In this document: positions 38,886 to 48,460 of the stretch, piece after piece
Position numbering within the stretch: position 1 is the stretch's first letter
How the letters are laid out: every line of letters begins with the position of its first letter
Assembly: GCA_021806135.1 (NCBI GenBank)
Contig: JAJZYB010000007.1
Location: forward strand, 217 to 64,216
Direction of reading: 5' to 3'
From: Thermoplasmata archaeon
GTDB lineage: Archaea; Thermoplasmatota; Thermoplasmata; Lutacidiplasmatales; UBA184
Length of the DNA: 64,000 nt
Notes under the pieces: model-generated
The model's input: only the letters and a program-made list of their open reading frames with translations
Database searches by the model: none
What the model was told of the DNA's origin: nothing
Made by a program: the position numbers and the translations under genes

Positions 38886-41324
38886 TCAATACGGCCAGAC
38901 CCAGTTGCGGATCTCCGGCGGGTCCTCACCGTGGGCCCGGGTGTAGGCCCGGCAGCGCTCCCGCTCGTCCTCCATGTCCTGGCGGAGACGGGCGGCATGG
39001 GAGGCCAGGCCCGGCACCCGGTCGATCACGTCCATCACCAGGTGGAACCGGTCGAGGTCGTTCAGCATCACCATGTCGAAGGGGGTGGTGGTGGTCCCCT
39101 CTTCGTTGTACCCGCGGACGTGGAGGTTCGCATGGTTGTGCCGCCGGTAGGTGAGACGGTGGATGAGGGCGGGGTAGCCGTGGTAGGCGAAGAGGACGGG
39201 ACGGTCCCGGGTGAACAGGGAGTCGAACTCGGCATCGGACAAGCCGTGCGGGTGCACGGTGTCCGGCTCCATCCGCATCAGGTCCACCACGTTGACCACC
39301 CGGACCTTGAGCGAGGGGAGCTCCCGCCGCAGGAGGTCCACCGCGGCCAAGGTCTCCAGGGTGGGGACGTCCCCGCAGCAGGCCATCACCACGTCCGGGT
39401 CACCGGCGTCGTTGGAAGCCCACTCCCAGATGCCAAGCCCCCGGGTGCAATGGAGGACCGCCTGGTCCATGGCCAGGTAGTTCAACGAGGGTTGCTTCCC
39501 CGCCACGATCACGTTCACGTACTGTCGGCTCTTCAGGCAGTGGTGGGCCACCGAGAGCAGGCAGTTGGCGTCGGGGGGGAGGTAGACCCGGATGATCTCG
39601 GATTTCTTGTTCACCACGTGGTCGATGAACCCCGGGTCCTGGTGGGAGAAGCCGTTGTGGTCCTGCCGCCACACGTGGGAGGAGAGCAGGTAGTTCAAGG
39701 ACGCGATGGGACGGCGCCAGGGGATCCGACGGGTGGTCTTCAGCCACTTGGCGTGCTGGTTGAACATGGAGTCGACGATGTGGATGAACGCCTCGTAGCA
39801 GTTGAACAGCCCGTGCCGACCGGTGAGCAGGTAGCCCTCCAGCCAGCCCTGGCACTGGTGTTCGGAGAGCACCTCCATCACCCGGCCCTCCCGGGCGAGG
39901 TGGTCGTCGGTGGGCAACCGTTCGGCCCCCCATTGCCGGTCCGTGGCCTCGAACACGGCCCCGAGCCGGTTGGAGGCGGTCTCGTCGGGGCCGAAGAGCC
40001 GGAACCGCGTGGGGTTGGCCCGGATCACGTCCCGGAGATACCCCCCGAGGACCCGGGTCGCCTCGGCGAACGTGGTGCCGGGCTTGGGCACCTCCACCCG
40101 GTAGGCCTGGAAGTCGGGGAGGGAGAGCTCCTGGAGGAGCAGGCCCCCATTGGCGTGGGGGTTCGCGCTCATCCGGCGCTGGGTCTTGGGCGCCAGCGAC
40201 GCCAGTTCCGGCAGGAACGCGCCCTCGGCGTCGAAGAGTTCCTCCGGCCGGTAGCTCCGCATCCAGGCTTCCAACTGGGCCAGGTGCTCCGGGTTCGTCC
40301 GCACCTCGGGAAGAGGGACCTGGTGGGCCCGCCAGGTCCCCTCCACGGGCAGGCCATCGACCACCTTCGGGCCGGTCCAGCCCTTGGGGGTGCGCAGCAC
40401 GATGAGCGGCCACCGCGGTCTCTGGCCCGTCGATCCGGACCGGGCCGCTCTCTGGATCCGGAGGATCTCCCCCACCGCGCTGTCCAGGGCGCCCGCCATG
40501 GCCCGGTGCATCTCTGCCGGTACGTCCCCCGAGACCCAGTGGACCGCGTACCCATAGCCCTCGAGCAGGGAGGTGAGCTCCCCGTCCCCGATCCGGGCCA
40601 GGACGGTGGGGTTCGCGATCTTGTACCCGTTCAGGTGTAGGATGGGCAGGACGGCCCCGTCCTTGACCGGGTTCAGGAACTTGTTCGAGTGCCATCCGGT
40701 CGCCAACGCTCCGGTCTCCGCCTCGCCGTCGCCCACGATGCAGCAGACCAACAGGTCCGGGTTGTCGAACGCGGCGCCGTAGGCGTGGGCCAGCGAATAG
40801 CCCAACTCCCCCCCTTCGTTGATCGACCCCGGCGTCTCCGGGGCCACGTGGGAAGGGATCCCTCCCGGGAACGAGAACTGGCGGAAGAGACGGCGCAGTC
40901 CATCCTCGTTCCAGGAGATGAGCGGGTAGACCTCCGTGTAGGTGCCCTCCAGATAGGCGTTGGCGACCGCCGCGGGACCCCCGTGGCCCGGGCCGATGAC
41001 CAGGAGGGCGTTGAGGTCCCAGTTCCGGATCACCCGGTTCATGTGCGCGTAGACGAAGTTGATCCCGGGGGTGGTCCCCCAATGCCCCAGGAGCCGGGGC
41101 TTCACCTGGTCGGGTCGGAGGGGTTGTCGGAGGAGCGGGTTGTCCATGAGGTAGATCTGCCCGACGGACAGGTAGTTCGCCGCCCGCCAGTAGGCATCGA
41201 TCCGCGCGACCTCGTCCTCGCGGAGGGGGCGGCCCGGATCCGCTGTCGATGCGCTCACGGGAGGTCCGCGGCCCACACCCGCTGGGGGGAGCGTGGGCTC
41301 CCCGCTGTAGCGGGGCCCATCCAT
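38886..41324 (-). CDS. xfp: Xylulose-5-P/fructose-6-P phosphoketolase
   Basis: [43 protein letters not shown]. The start may be GTG 41258. Confidence 0.97.
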   Translation of the reverse strand: MDGPRYSGEPTLPPAGVGRGPPVSASTADPGRPLREDEVARIDAYWRAANYLSVGQIYLMDNPLLRQPLRPDQVKPRLLGHWGTTPGINFVYAHMNRVIRNWDLNALLVIGPGHGGPAAVANAYLEGTYTEVYPLISWNEDGLRRLFRQFSFPGGIPSHVAPETPGSINEGGELGYSLAHAYGAAFDNPDLLVCCIVGDGEAETGALATGWHSNKFLNPVKDGAVLPILHLNGYKIANPTVLARIGDGELTSLLEGYGYAVHWVSGDVPAEMHRAMAGALDSAVGEILRIQRAARSGSTGQRPRWPLIVLRTPKGWTGPKVVDGLPVEGTWRAHQVPLPEVRTNPEHLAQLEAWMRSYRPEELFDAEGAFLPELASLAPKTQRRMSANPHANGGLLLQELSLPDFQAYRVEVPKPGTTFAEATRVLGGYLRDVIRANPTRFRLFGPDETASNRLGAVFEATDRQWGAERLPTDDHLAREGRVMEVLSEHQCQGWLEGYLLTGRHGLFNCYEAFIHIVDSMFNQHAKWLKTTRRIPWRRPIASLNYLLSSHVWRQDHNGFSHQDPGFIDHVVNKKSEIIRVYLPPDANCLLSVAHHCLKSRQYVNVIVAGKQPSLNYLAMDQAVLHCTRGLGIWEWASNDAGDPDVVMACCGDVPTLETLAAVDLLRRELPSLKVRVVNVVDLMRMEPDTVHPHGLSDAEFDSLFTRDRPVLFAYHGYPALIHRLTYRRHNHANLHVRGYNEEGTTTTPFDMVMLNDLDRFHLVMDVIDRVPGLASHAARLRQDMEDERERCRAYTRAHGEDPPEIRNWVWPY

Positions 41325-41699
41325 GGGGGCGTGTTCCCGCAGGTGCCCGTCCCTGGAGCCGGGGAGGACAGGCGCTTCCCGGGGGGGGATCCCCGCGGGG
41401 AGGGTGCTCCAAAGCCGCCATCCACCTTCGGGGGAAAGACCGGGAAGGACGGCCGGATCGCCGGGGAATCCCTAATCGGAGGCAACGGGGCACCGACTGG
41501 GGGGAACGCGGAGGGCAGGGGCCCGGTTCCTCTCGCCAGGGTCCCAGCCGGAGTGGAACCCGGCATATCGGACGGGGAGCCGTGGACAGTTAAAAGGCCG
41601 GGCCGGTCGGGCCCTCGTCCCTCCCCCGGAGAACCGCCCCTCCGCTCGAACAGGCTTGAGCATACCTCTTCATAGGTCAGGGGGACTTCCTCGCTAGCC

Positions 41700-42245
41700 A
41701 TGTCCGGGAAGAAGCGTTCCCCCTCCCGCAAGAAGCGGCCGGTTGCCCCGGCTCGCTCGCGTCGTCCCCCGTCCCGCCCCGCGCGAGCCCGCCAGCCTTC
41801 CCCCTCCCAGAACCTCTCCCGGGATCTCTTCGAGACCCTGGAGCTCCTGGGGGATGCCTTCGAAGAGGCGGTGGGACACGTCCTCAAGCGCCCGGGCTCG
41901 CCCCTCCTCCTCGCGGGGCCCCGTCTCCCTCTCCCGCTCTCCCGCCTTGTCACCGGTTACGTGGGTTGGCAGATCGAGCTACGGGGCGAGCCGACGGCGG
42001 TGCCCTCCCTGCCCCGGGGGGTGCTCTACCTGTTGGCGTCGCCGGCTCCTGTGGGGGCCTCGATGCACCGGACCGGCGAGTCCCCGGTCCAAGCGGTGCG
42101 TTGGAATGCGGTCCACGCCCTGGAGCTGGCCAGTGCCGGGGCCCGCCTCCTCCTCCTCGCCGCGCCTCACGACTCGTCCGACCTTCCGCGCTTCCGGACC
42201 CTGGCGGAGGACGTCCGCGCCGAGTTCCGGCCGGACCAGGATTGA
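41700..42245 (+). CDS. Hypothetical protein
   Basis: ATG-started ORF filling an otherwise empty interval; no recognised motif. Confidence 0.5.
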   Translation: MSGKKRSPSRKKRPVAPARSRRPPSRPARARQPSPSQNLSRDLFETLELLGDAFEEAVGHVLKRPGSPLLLAGPRLPLPLSRLVTGYVGWQIELRGEPTAVPSLPRGVLYLLASPAPVGASMHRTGESPVQAVRWNAVHALELASAGARLLLLAAPHDSSDLPRFRTLAEDVRAEFRPDQD

Positions 42246-42257
42246 ACGGGCCCCGGT

Positions 42258-43367
42258 TCAGGGGGACACCGGAGGGGAGGTTCCGGGCCCGTCCGGGGGC
42301 GGGGACCCCCGCTTGCGGCGGGAGGTGCTGCTCTCGCTCATGCCCATGAGGACCAGGAAACCCGCCCCCGCGAGCACCACCGCCGCCACGACGAAGAGCC
42401 CCACCTGGACCACCTGGCCGACCACCGGCACGGCGTTGGGGGGCTGCGGGGTCACCCCCACGTAGACGCGCCCCTGCATTCCCGGGAAGTGACCGGGGAC
42501 CGTGCAGACGTACTCGTAGATGCCGTGGCTGGCGGGCATGGTGATCGGCGCCGTCACCACCGGAGGGGCATTGGGGGTCAGCGGGTCGTCCACGAGCGGG
42601 GGGTTCGACACGAAGTAGGCGAGCAGTTGGGCGTTCGAGAAGCTGTTGGAGAGGCCGGTATCGTTGGGGATGGAGTCCAGCGTGAACGTGTGCGAGAGCG
42701 CCCCCTGGATCCCCACCTCGAAGACGATGGGCAGCCCTGGCGCGGCGATCAGGATCGAAGGGACGAAGGTGATGGAACCGGTGGCATTCAGGAAGACCAC
42801 CTGGTGCGGGCCTACCACGCCCGCTCCCACGGTCAGGAAGCCGAAGAGCCCGGCCTTGAACTGATACCCACCCGAGGCCAGGGAGAGGAACTCGTAGCTG
42901 TCCCCGGCCGGGTCCGTCAGGGTCCGGAAGGTGTGGTTCCAGTACCCGGCCTGACCGGGGGCCAGGGTCAGGTTGACCAGGGAGGCGTTGGCGGGGGCGA
43001 AGAGGGCGAGGAGCTTCGCGGGGGTGATGTTCGCCGGGATCACCTGGTTGGGGGTGGCATCCACGGTGAAGGTGTGCGTCACGGTCCCCACGTTGACCAG
43101 GTGGAGGGAGAGCGTGGTGTTCAAGGAGACGTTCAGGGCGGAGGGTTCGTAGCCGTTGTCGGTCACGTTGACCGTCTGGTTCACCTGGGCGGCGGGGGAA
43201 CTCCCGGGGATGAACCGGGCGTACCCGATGTTGGCGGGGCTGACGTACCCGTCCACGTGCAGGAGGTAGGGGATGGAGAAGGCGCTCGCCACCATGGCCA
43301 GCGCCACCACCAGGGAGAGGGCTCCCCGGCGGGAGCGCCTGGGTCCACGCCTCCGAGGGGATCGCAT
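42258..43367 (-). CDS. Two-domain cupredoxin, membrane-anchored at both ends
   Basis: Domain 2 has SHTFT and YVCTVPGHFPGM. Domain 1 has THTFT but no Cys/His/Met loop. Confidence 0.85.
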   Translation of the reverse strand: MRSPRRRGPRRSRRGALSLVVALAMVASAFSIPYLLHVDGYVSPANIGYARFIPGSSPAAQVNQTVNVTDNGYEPSALNVSLNTTLSLHLVNVGTVTHTFTVDATPNQVIPANITPAKLLALFAPANASLVNLTLAPGQAGYWNHTFRTLTDPAGDSYEFLSLASGGYQFKAGLFGFLTVGAGVVGPHQVVFLNATGSITFVPSILIAAPGLPIVFEVGIQGALSHTFTLDSIPNDTGLSNSFSNAQLLAYFVSNPPLVDDPLTPNAPPVVTAPITMPASHGIYEYVCTVPGHFPGMQGRVYVGVTPQPPNAVPVVGQVVQVGLFVVAAVVLAGAGFLVLMGMSESSTSRRKRGSPPPDGPGTSPPVSP

Positions 43368-43421
43368 CGGGAAATGCCCACGGGCCCGCCGTACATATCC
43401 CTGCGGTACGAACCGGCCGGT

Positions 43422-44303
43422 TCAGGTCCCGCCCCGGTTCTCCTCCCGGGGCACGGGAGGGCCGTGGCGGGGGAGGACCCGGGGCGCCTCCTCCCCCTCG
43501 AAGCGGCGGATGAGCTGGGTGGTGACCTCGATGAGGGGGTGGTGGCCCGAACGGTCCACCTCGATGTCCTCCAGGTCCCCGAGGTGGTGCTCCCGGGCCA
43601 AGCGTTCCAGCCCGATCTCCACCTTGTCGAAGTCCTCGGGCGTGTCACAGACGAGCACGAAGGCCTGGAGCTGCCGCAGGCCCATCTCCCGGGCCGCGAG
43701 GGCCCGGTGATGCCCGTCCACCAGGAGGTAGTCCTCCCCCTTGCGGATGGCGAGCACGGGCTCGGCGAACCCCCGCTCCAGCTCATAGCGCCGGCCCTCG
43801 AGCTCGTCCTGGTAGACCTTCCACTGGGTCGGGTGCATCCGGCTCAGCGGGATGGTCATCCGCCGGAGGGTGAAGGTGAATCCGTAGCGGTCGTTCAGCA
43901 GGCGCCGGAGCGTCTCCGCCTTCAACGGGCTCGCCCGTTCGAAGTGGCTCCGGACCACGTCCAGGTTGCTGAGGATCCCCACCAGCCGGCCTTCCCCGTC
44001 GACCACGGGGAGGTCCCGCAGACCGTAGCGGAAGAGCACCCGGGCCGCATCCTCCAGGTCCATCTCCGGCGTCGCGGTATACGTCCCCGGGCGGATCATC
44101 GCCGAGAGCCGGCGGCCCCGGTTCCCGGCGTTCCTCAAGAGCTCCTTGGCCGAGACGAACGCCACGAGCTTGCCCTCCCCGTCGGTCACCGGGAGCCCGT
44201 GGTGCCGGCTCTGGATGAGCTGGTCGATGGCCTCCCCGACCGTGGCCTCCCGGGTCACATGCTCCACCCGGAGCACCATGTAATCCCGGACCTTCTCGGC
44301 CAT
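43422..44303 (-). CDS. CBS-pair / ParB-Srx-like domain fusion protein
   Basis: KVRDYM...HHGLPV, LPVVDGEGRLVGIL; C-terminal PTQ...LLVDGHHRA. Confidence 0.88.
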   Translation of the reverse strand: MAEKVRDYMVLRVEHVTREATVGEAIDQLIQSRHHGLPVTDGEGKLVAFVSAKELLRNAGNRGRRLSAMIRPGTYTATPEMDLEDAARVLFRYGLRDLPVVDGEGRLVGILSNLDVVRSHFERASPLKAETLRRLLNDRYGFTFTLRRMTIPLSRMHPTQWKVYQDELEGRRYELERGFAEPVLAIRKGEDYLLVDGHHRALAAREMGLRQLQAFVLVCDTPEDFDKVEIGLERLAREHHLGDLEDIEVDRSGHHPLIEVTTQLIRRFEGEEAPRVLPRHGPPVPREENRGGT

Positions 44304-44334
44304 GGTGCATCCCGGGGGAGGGACCCCGGAGCGG

Positions 44335-44913
44335 TTAGCGGCTCCGTTCGTCCCGGAAGTACGAGCAGAGCAGGTGGCCGACGATCAGGTGGGTGTCCTC
44401 GATGTGCTGCATGTTCTGGGAGGGGACCACCAGGGAAAGGTCGCAGAGGGCCTTCTGCTTCCCCCCGCCCATCCCGATGAGGCCCACCGTCCCCATCCCC
44501 AGCTTCCGCGCCTCCTCCAGACCCCGGAGCACGTTGGGAGAGTTCCCGCTCCCGGAGATCCCCACGGCCAGGTCTCCCGGGCGGCCCAGGTTCTTCAGCT
44601 GCTCGGCGTACACCTCGGCGTAGGCCAGGTCATTGGCCCAGGCGAGGAGGGTGGGGACCGGATCGGAGAGCGAGAGGCATCGGAAGCGGGGTTGCCCCGG
44701 CGCGATGGTGAGCTTGGCCAGGTCATTGGCGAGATGGCTCCCGGTGGAGGCGCTCCCCCCGTTCCCGAAGAAGAAGATGGTCGACCCGTCCTTGCGCGCC
44801 CTGGCGAAAAGCTCCGTCAGTCGTTCGATCCCTTCGACCAGGTAGGGGGCGGTGACGGAGGCCACGGTCTCGGCCACGTATCCTTTGACGTACTCCTCCA
44901 CGCTCCTTCCCAT
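44335..44913 (-). CDS. gmhA: Sedoheptulose-7-phosphate isomerase (SIS domain)
   Basis: FGNGGSAS..SH, AND, ISGSGNSPNV, IEDTH. Confidence 0.9.
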   Translation of the reverse strand: MGRSVEEYVKGYVAETVASVTAPYLVEGIERLTELFARARKDGSTIFFFGNGGSASTGSHLANDLAKLTIAPGQPRFRCLSLSDPVPTLLAWANDLAYAEVYAEQLKNLGRPGDLAVGISGSGNSPNVLRGLEEARKLGMGTVGLIGMGGGKQKALCDLSLVVPSQNMQHIEDTHLIVGHLLCSYFRDERSR

Positions 44914-44928
44914 CGGGCCCTTCCCCCT

Positions 44929-45909
44929 TTACCGCCCCACGAAGACGATCCGCGAACCCTCGTTGGAGATACGGACCGGCAGGTGGCGGTGTCCCGAGAG
45001 GGCCTCGGCTACTTGAGGGCTCTTCCCGGGGGGGGCCACCACGAGGAGGAAGCCACCGCCCCCCGCCCCCGTGACCTTGCCTCCGAGGGCTCCCGCCTCG
45101 CGGGCCTTGGAGTACATGGTGTCGATGGCCCCGTTGCTGATCCCGCTGCTCAGGGTCTTCTTCAGTTCCCAGCCCTCCTCCAGGAGGCGGCCGACCCCCT
45201 CGTAGTCGCCGGCGAGGATGGCTTCCCGGGTCCTTCCGGCCAGGTCCCGGAGCCGGTCCAGGGCGGGGACGTTCTCGTTGGACCGGCGGTTCTGTTCTCC
45301 CAGGATCTGTCCGGAGCGCCGGGTGGTCCCCGTGTAATACAGGGAGAGGTATCCCTCGAAGCGCTCCGTCTCCGCCCGGGAGAGGGGGAGTGGCTCTACG
45401 GAGACGCTGTCGTCGGGGAGGAAGGTATAGTGCCGGAGGCCCCCGAAGGCGGCCGCGTACTGGTCCTGCTTCCCGCTGGGCTCCCCCAGGTGCTCGATCT
45501 CGATCCGGCAGGCCTCCTCGGCCAGTTCCCGGGGGCTCTTCAACTGGCCCCGGAAGGCCCAGAGCGCGTTGAGGATCCCCACCGCGAAGGAGCTCGACGA
45601 GCCCAACCCGGTCCCTTCCGCGGGGATGTCCGAGACGGTGACGATCTCCACCGCCTCGGTGACGCCCGTGGTCCGCATCGCCTCCCGGACCATGGGGTGG
45701 TTCACGTCCTCCACCCGGCGGACGTACTCCGCCGTCCGCGAGTAGCTCACCCGGATGTCCTGATCGAACTTCTCGTTCACCAGCACGTAGACGTACCGGT
45801 CCAGGGCGGCGGAGACCACCTCCCCGCCCCCCCGGGTGCGGTAGTAGGAGGCGAGGTCGGTCCCCCCACCGGCCAGGGAGACCCGCAGGGGGGTCCGGCT
45901 GATGATCAC
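44929..45909 (-). CDS. hddA: D-glycero-D-manno-heptose-7-phosphate kinase (GHMP family)
   Basis: TPLRVSLAGGGTD, GTGLGSSS, GKQDQY, GAGGGGF. Confidence 0.88.
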   Translation of the reverse strand: MIISRTPLRVSLAGGGTDLASYYRTRGGGEVVSAALDRYVYVLVNEKFDQDIRVSYSRTAEYVRRVEDVNHPMVREAMRTTGVTEAVEIVTVSDIPAEGTGLGSSSSFAVGILNALWAFRGQLKSPRELAEEACRIEIEHLGEPSGKQDQYAAAFGGLRHYTFLPDDSVSVEPLPLSRAETERFEGYLSLYYTGTTRRSGQILGEQNRRSNENVPALDRLRDLAGRTREAILAGDYEGVGRLLEEGWELKKTLSSGISNGAIDTMYSKAREAGALGGKVTGAGGGGFLLVVAPPGKSPQVAEALSGHRHLPVRISNEGSRIVFVGR

Positions 45910-45933
45910 GGGAAGCGGGGATGGGGGGGAGGA

Positions 45934-48096
45934 TTAAGGGTCTTCGGAGAGCCGGGGCCGGCTGGTGGCCGGGCTGGAGGACGGTTCGGGCCGGTGGTGG
46001 GGTCGGCCGACCTTGGGAGGAGGCCGGCCCGACCGCCGCCGGCCTAAGAAGAGCCGCTCCACCTCGTCCCGGACCGAGACGAGGGGCTTGAGCCCCGGGA
46101 GGGCATCCGCGAACTGCGCGGCCCGTCGGTCCAGGATGATCCCCAGGCCCCGGTCGTCCTCGGAGCGGATCATCCGTCCGAGGGCCTGGAGCAGCGCGCG
46201 CCGGGCCGGGGCCACCATGCCGTACTCCCATCCCCGGCCGGTCAGGTGGTCCAGGTAGCGGATGAGCGCCTCCCGGCGTGCGGTGGGGCGGGGAAAGGGG
46301 ATGCCCACGAGGATCACCGACTCGAGCTCCTCGTCGGGGAAGTCGATCCCCTCGGCCACCCGCCCTCCACAGACCCCGAGGAGGAGCCCGGCCCCCGGGG
46401 AGCGCTTGAACCCCTCCACCAGGTTCCAAAGCTGTTCGGAAGGCATCCGGCGGCTCTCCATGACCGCGCCCCGGGGAAGCTCCGAGGAAAGCCCTCGGGC
46501 GAGGAACCGGTCCAGCAGGGAGAAGCTGGGGAAGAAGGCGGCCGTCTTCACCGGGAGTTCCGTCAGGACATCCACCAGCGAGCGGTAGAGCCGGGGGAGC
46601 GCCTCCGGGTCGCCTTGGAGCTCCTCATGGCGGCTGGTCACGTCGGGGACGTAGCGGAGGACCCGATGGGACGGGGGGAAGGGGGAGGGCACCGTCAACA
46701 GACCACTGTCCATCGGAAGCCCCAGGGTGTCCCGGTACTCCTCCAGGGGGGCGAGGGTGCCGGAGAGGTGGACGGAGAGGTGGGTGCCCAGGATGGGGGA
46801 CGCGGGTTCCCGGGCGTCCAGGGCATAGGCCTCCACGGCCTTGTGGGGACTTGCGATGGCCGCCTTGACGTATTCCGGCGGGTCCACGCCCCCCCAGGAG
46901 AGCAGGTGTTCGGCCACCGTCGCGGCGTAGGAGCGGGGGAGGCGACGGGCCTGTCTACGGCGGTCCCGCAGCCGCTCTCCCCACTCGGCCAGGGACAGGA
47001 GCATCCGCCGGAGGTCGTGGCTGGTCCCTCCCACCTCGGCCAGGAGCCGGTCCTCGAGTCCGCCGGGAGGCAGGAGCCCGTCCTCCTCGCCGGCGTATTC
47101 CTCCACGACCTCGGAGAGGACCTCCTCCACCTGGGCGAGGAAGGCCACGGCGGGGCGTTGGGGGAGAGGTCCCCCGGGGGTCGGAGCGTCGGCGAGGAGG
47201 GGGAAGTCCCCGTGCTCCTCCACCTCCTCCCGGGCCCGGTGCACCGTCTCGAGGCCTAACCTCAGGGTGATGCTCTCCCGGAGGTATTCCGGCAGGTTGT
47301 GGGCCTCGTCGACGACGAGGTCCACCTGGTCCAGGGAGACCCCCAACCAGGTGAGGAGCGAGGGCCGGATCCTCGGGTGGAAGAAGAACACGTAGGGAGC
47401 GACCACCACCGTGGCCTCCCGGCAGAGGCGTTTGGCCAGCTCGTACGGGCAGAGGTTCTCCGCCGAGGCCAGGGCCTTGAACCGGTAGGAATCCGGAGCC
47501 TCCTGGGCGATGCGATCGGCCAAACGGGGAAGGTCGGCGGCGATGAGCCGGGCGTAGTAGGGGCAGCCTTCCAGGTCGGTCAGCTCCAGGGTGGTCCTCT
47601 TCGCTCCCCGGCCCGGCGGCCTCGCCGGGGCCGGCCCGGTGCGGTCCGGGGCCGGGGGGCGTTCAGTGGCCCGCTTCCGGTCGGCGCAGAGCTTGCCGAT
47701 CTCCTCCGCGCTCGCCCCCTCCATCTCCGGCAAGGACTCGAAGAGAAGGCAGCGGGCCTGCCGCCCCTCCAGGGCCAGGGCGAGCACCGGGGTCCCGCTC
47801 CGGCGGGCGATGGCGCGGGTCTCGGCCAGCACCTGGGCGCTCTGGGAGTGGGTCCGGACCAGATAGAGGATCTTGTGCCCGCTCTCCCGGGCGTGGGGGA
47901 TCAGCGGGGCGAGCACCGCCACGGTCTTCCCGGTGCCGGTGGGGGCGTCCAGAAGGAGCGCACCACCGCGATGGGTACGTTCGGTCACGTTGCGGAGGAT
48001 CCCTTCCTGAGAGGGGCGGGTCCGGTACGGGAAGGACCCGCGCGTCGCGCGGCCCCTCCCGCCGGCAGGCCGGGGTGGGGAAGCGGGGGGAGACAT
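45934..48096 (-). CDS. xpd: XPD/Rad3 Fe-S DNA helicase
   Basis: APTGTGKT, four Fe-S Cys including CPYY and CPYE, DEAHNL, SGTL, EGIDF, QALGRMIR. Confidence 0.92.
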   Translation of the reverse strand: MSPPASPPRPAGGRGRATRGSFPYRTRPSQEGILRNVTERTHRGGALLLDAPTGTGKTVAVLAPLIPHARESGHKILYLVRTHSQSAQVLAETRAIARRSGTPVLALALEGRQARCLLFESLPEMEGASAEEIGKLCADRKRATERPPAPDRTGPAPARPPGRGAKRTTLELTDLEGCPYYARLIAADLPRLADRIAQEAPDSYRFKALASAENLCPYELAKRLCREATVVVAPYVFFFHPRIRPSLLTWLGVSLDQVDLVVDEAHNLPEYLRESITLRLGLETVHRAREEVEEHGDFPLLADAPTPGGPLPQRPAVAFLAQVEEVLSEVVEEYAGEEDGLLPPGGLEDRLLAEVGGTSHDLRRMLLSLAEWGERLRDRRRQARRLPRSYAATVAEHLLSWGGVDPPEYVKAAIASPHKAVEAYALDAREPASPILGTHLSVHLSGTLAPLEEYRDTLGLPMDSGLLTVPSPFPPSHRVLRYVPDVTSRHEELQGDPEALPRLYRSLVDVLTELPVKTAAFFPSFSLLDRFLARGLSSELPRGAVMESRRMPSEQLWNLVEGFKRSPGAGLLLGVCGGRVAEGIDFPDEELESVILVGIPFPRPTARREALIRYLDHLTGRGWEYGMVAPARRALLQALGRMIRSEDDRGLGIILDRRAAQFADALPGLKPLVSVRDEVERLFLGRRRSGRPPPKVGRPHHRPEPSSSPATSRPRLSEDP

Positions 48097-48460
48097 TCGT
48101 CCTCGTTGCGGGGGGGCCCACCGGACGATAAAGCCCCCCGACAACGGTGGATGGCTCCCCGGGTCGGAAGGGGGGAGCGGTACAACGATGCCACGGGTGG
48201 GGGGCTCGCGCAATGGGTTTCGGGCGGGGGTCGTCCACCCCTCCCCGGTCCGTAGGTTAAGACCCTCTCCTCCTGCCGGGGGGATGCCCGGGCGCTCGCC
48301 AACCTGAGCGGGTCGAGCGTTTCCACGCTCCGGGCCTCCGGGCTCGGCCCGCGTTGGGAACGGGGATCGGCACGCGTGGCCGCCCCCGGGGCGTGCGGAC
48401 TTCTGTCGGATCCCGTTCGCCTCGTTCGCCGGGCCCACGGGAGGTTCGGGGCCGTTCCTT

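Noticed and set aside
38055-41493. 861-aa (+) and 697-aa (-) ORFs over xfp-ackA
   Set aside because: Alternate-frame shadows of xfp and ackA.
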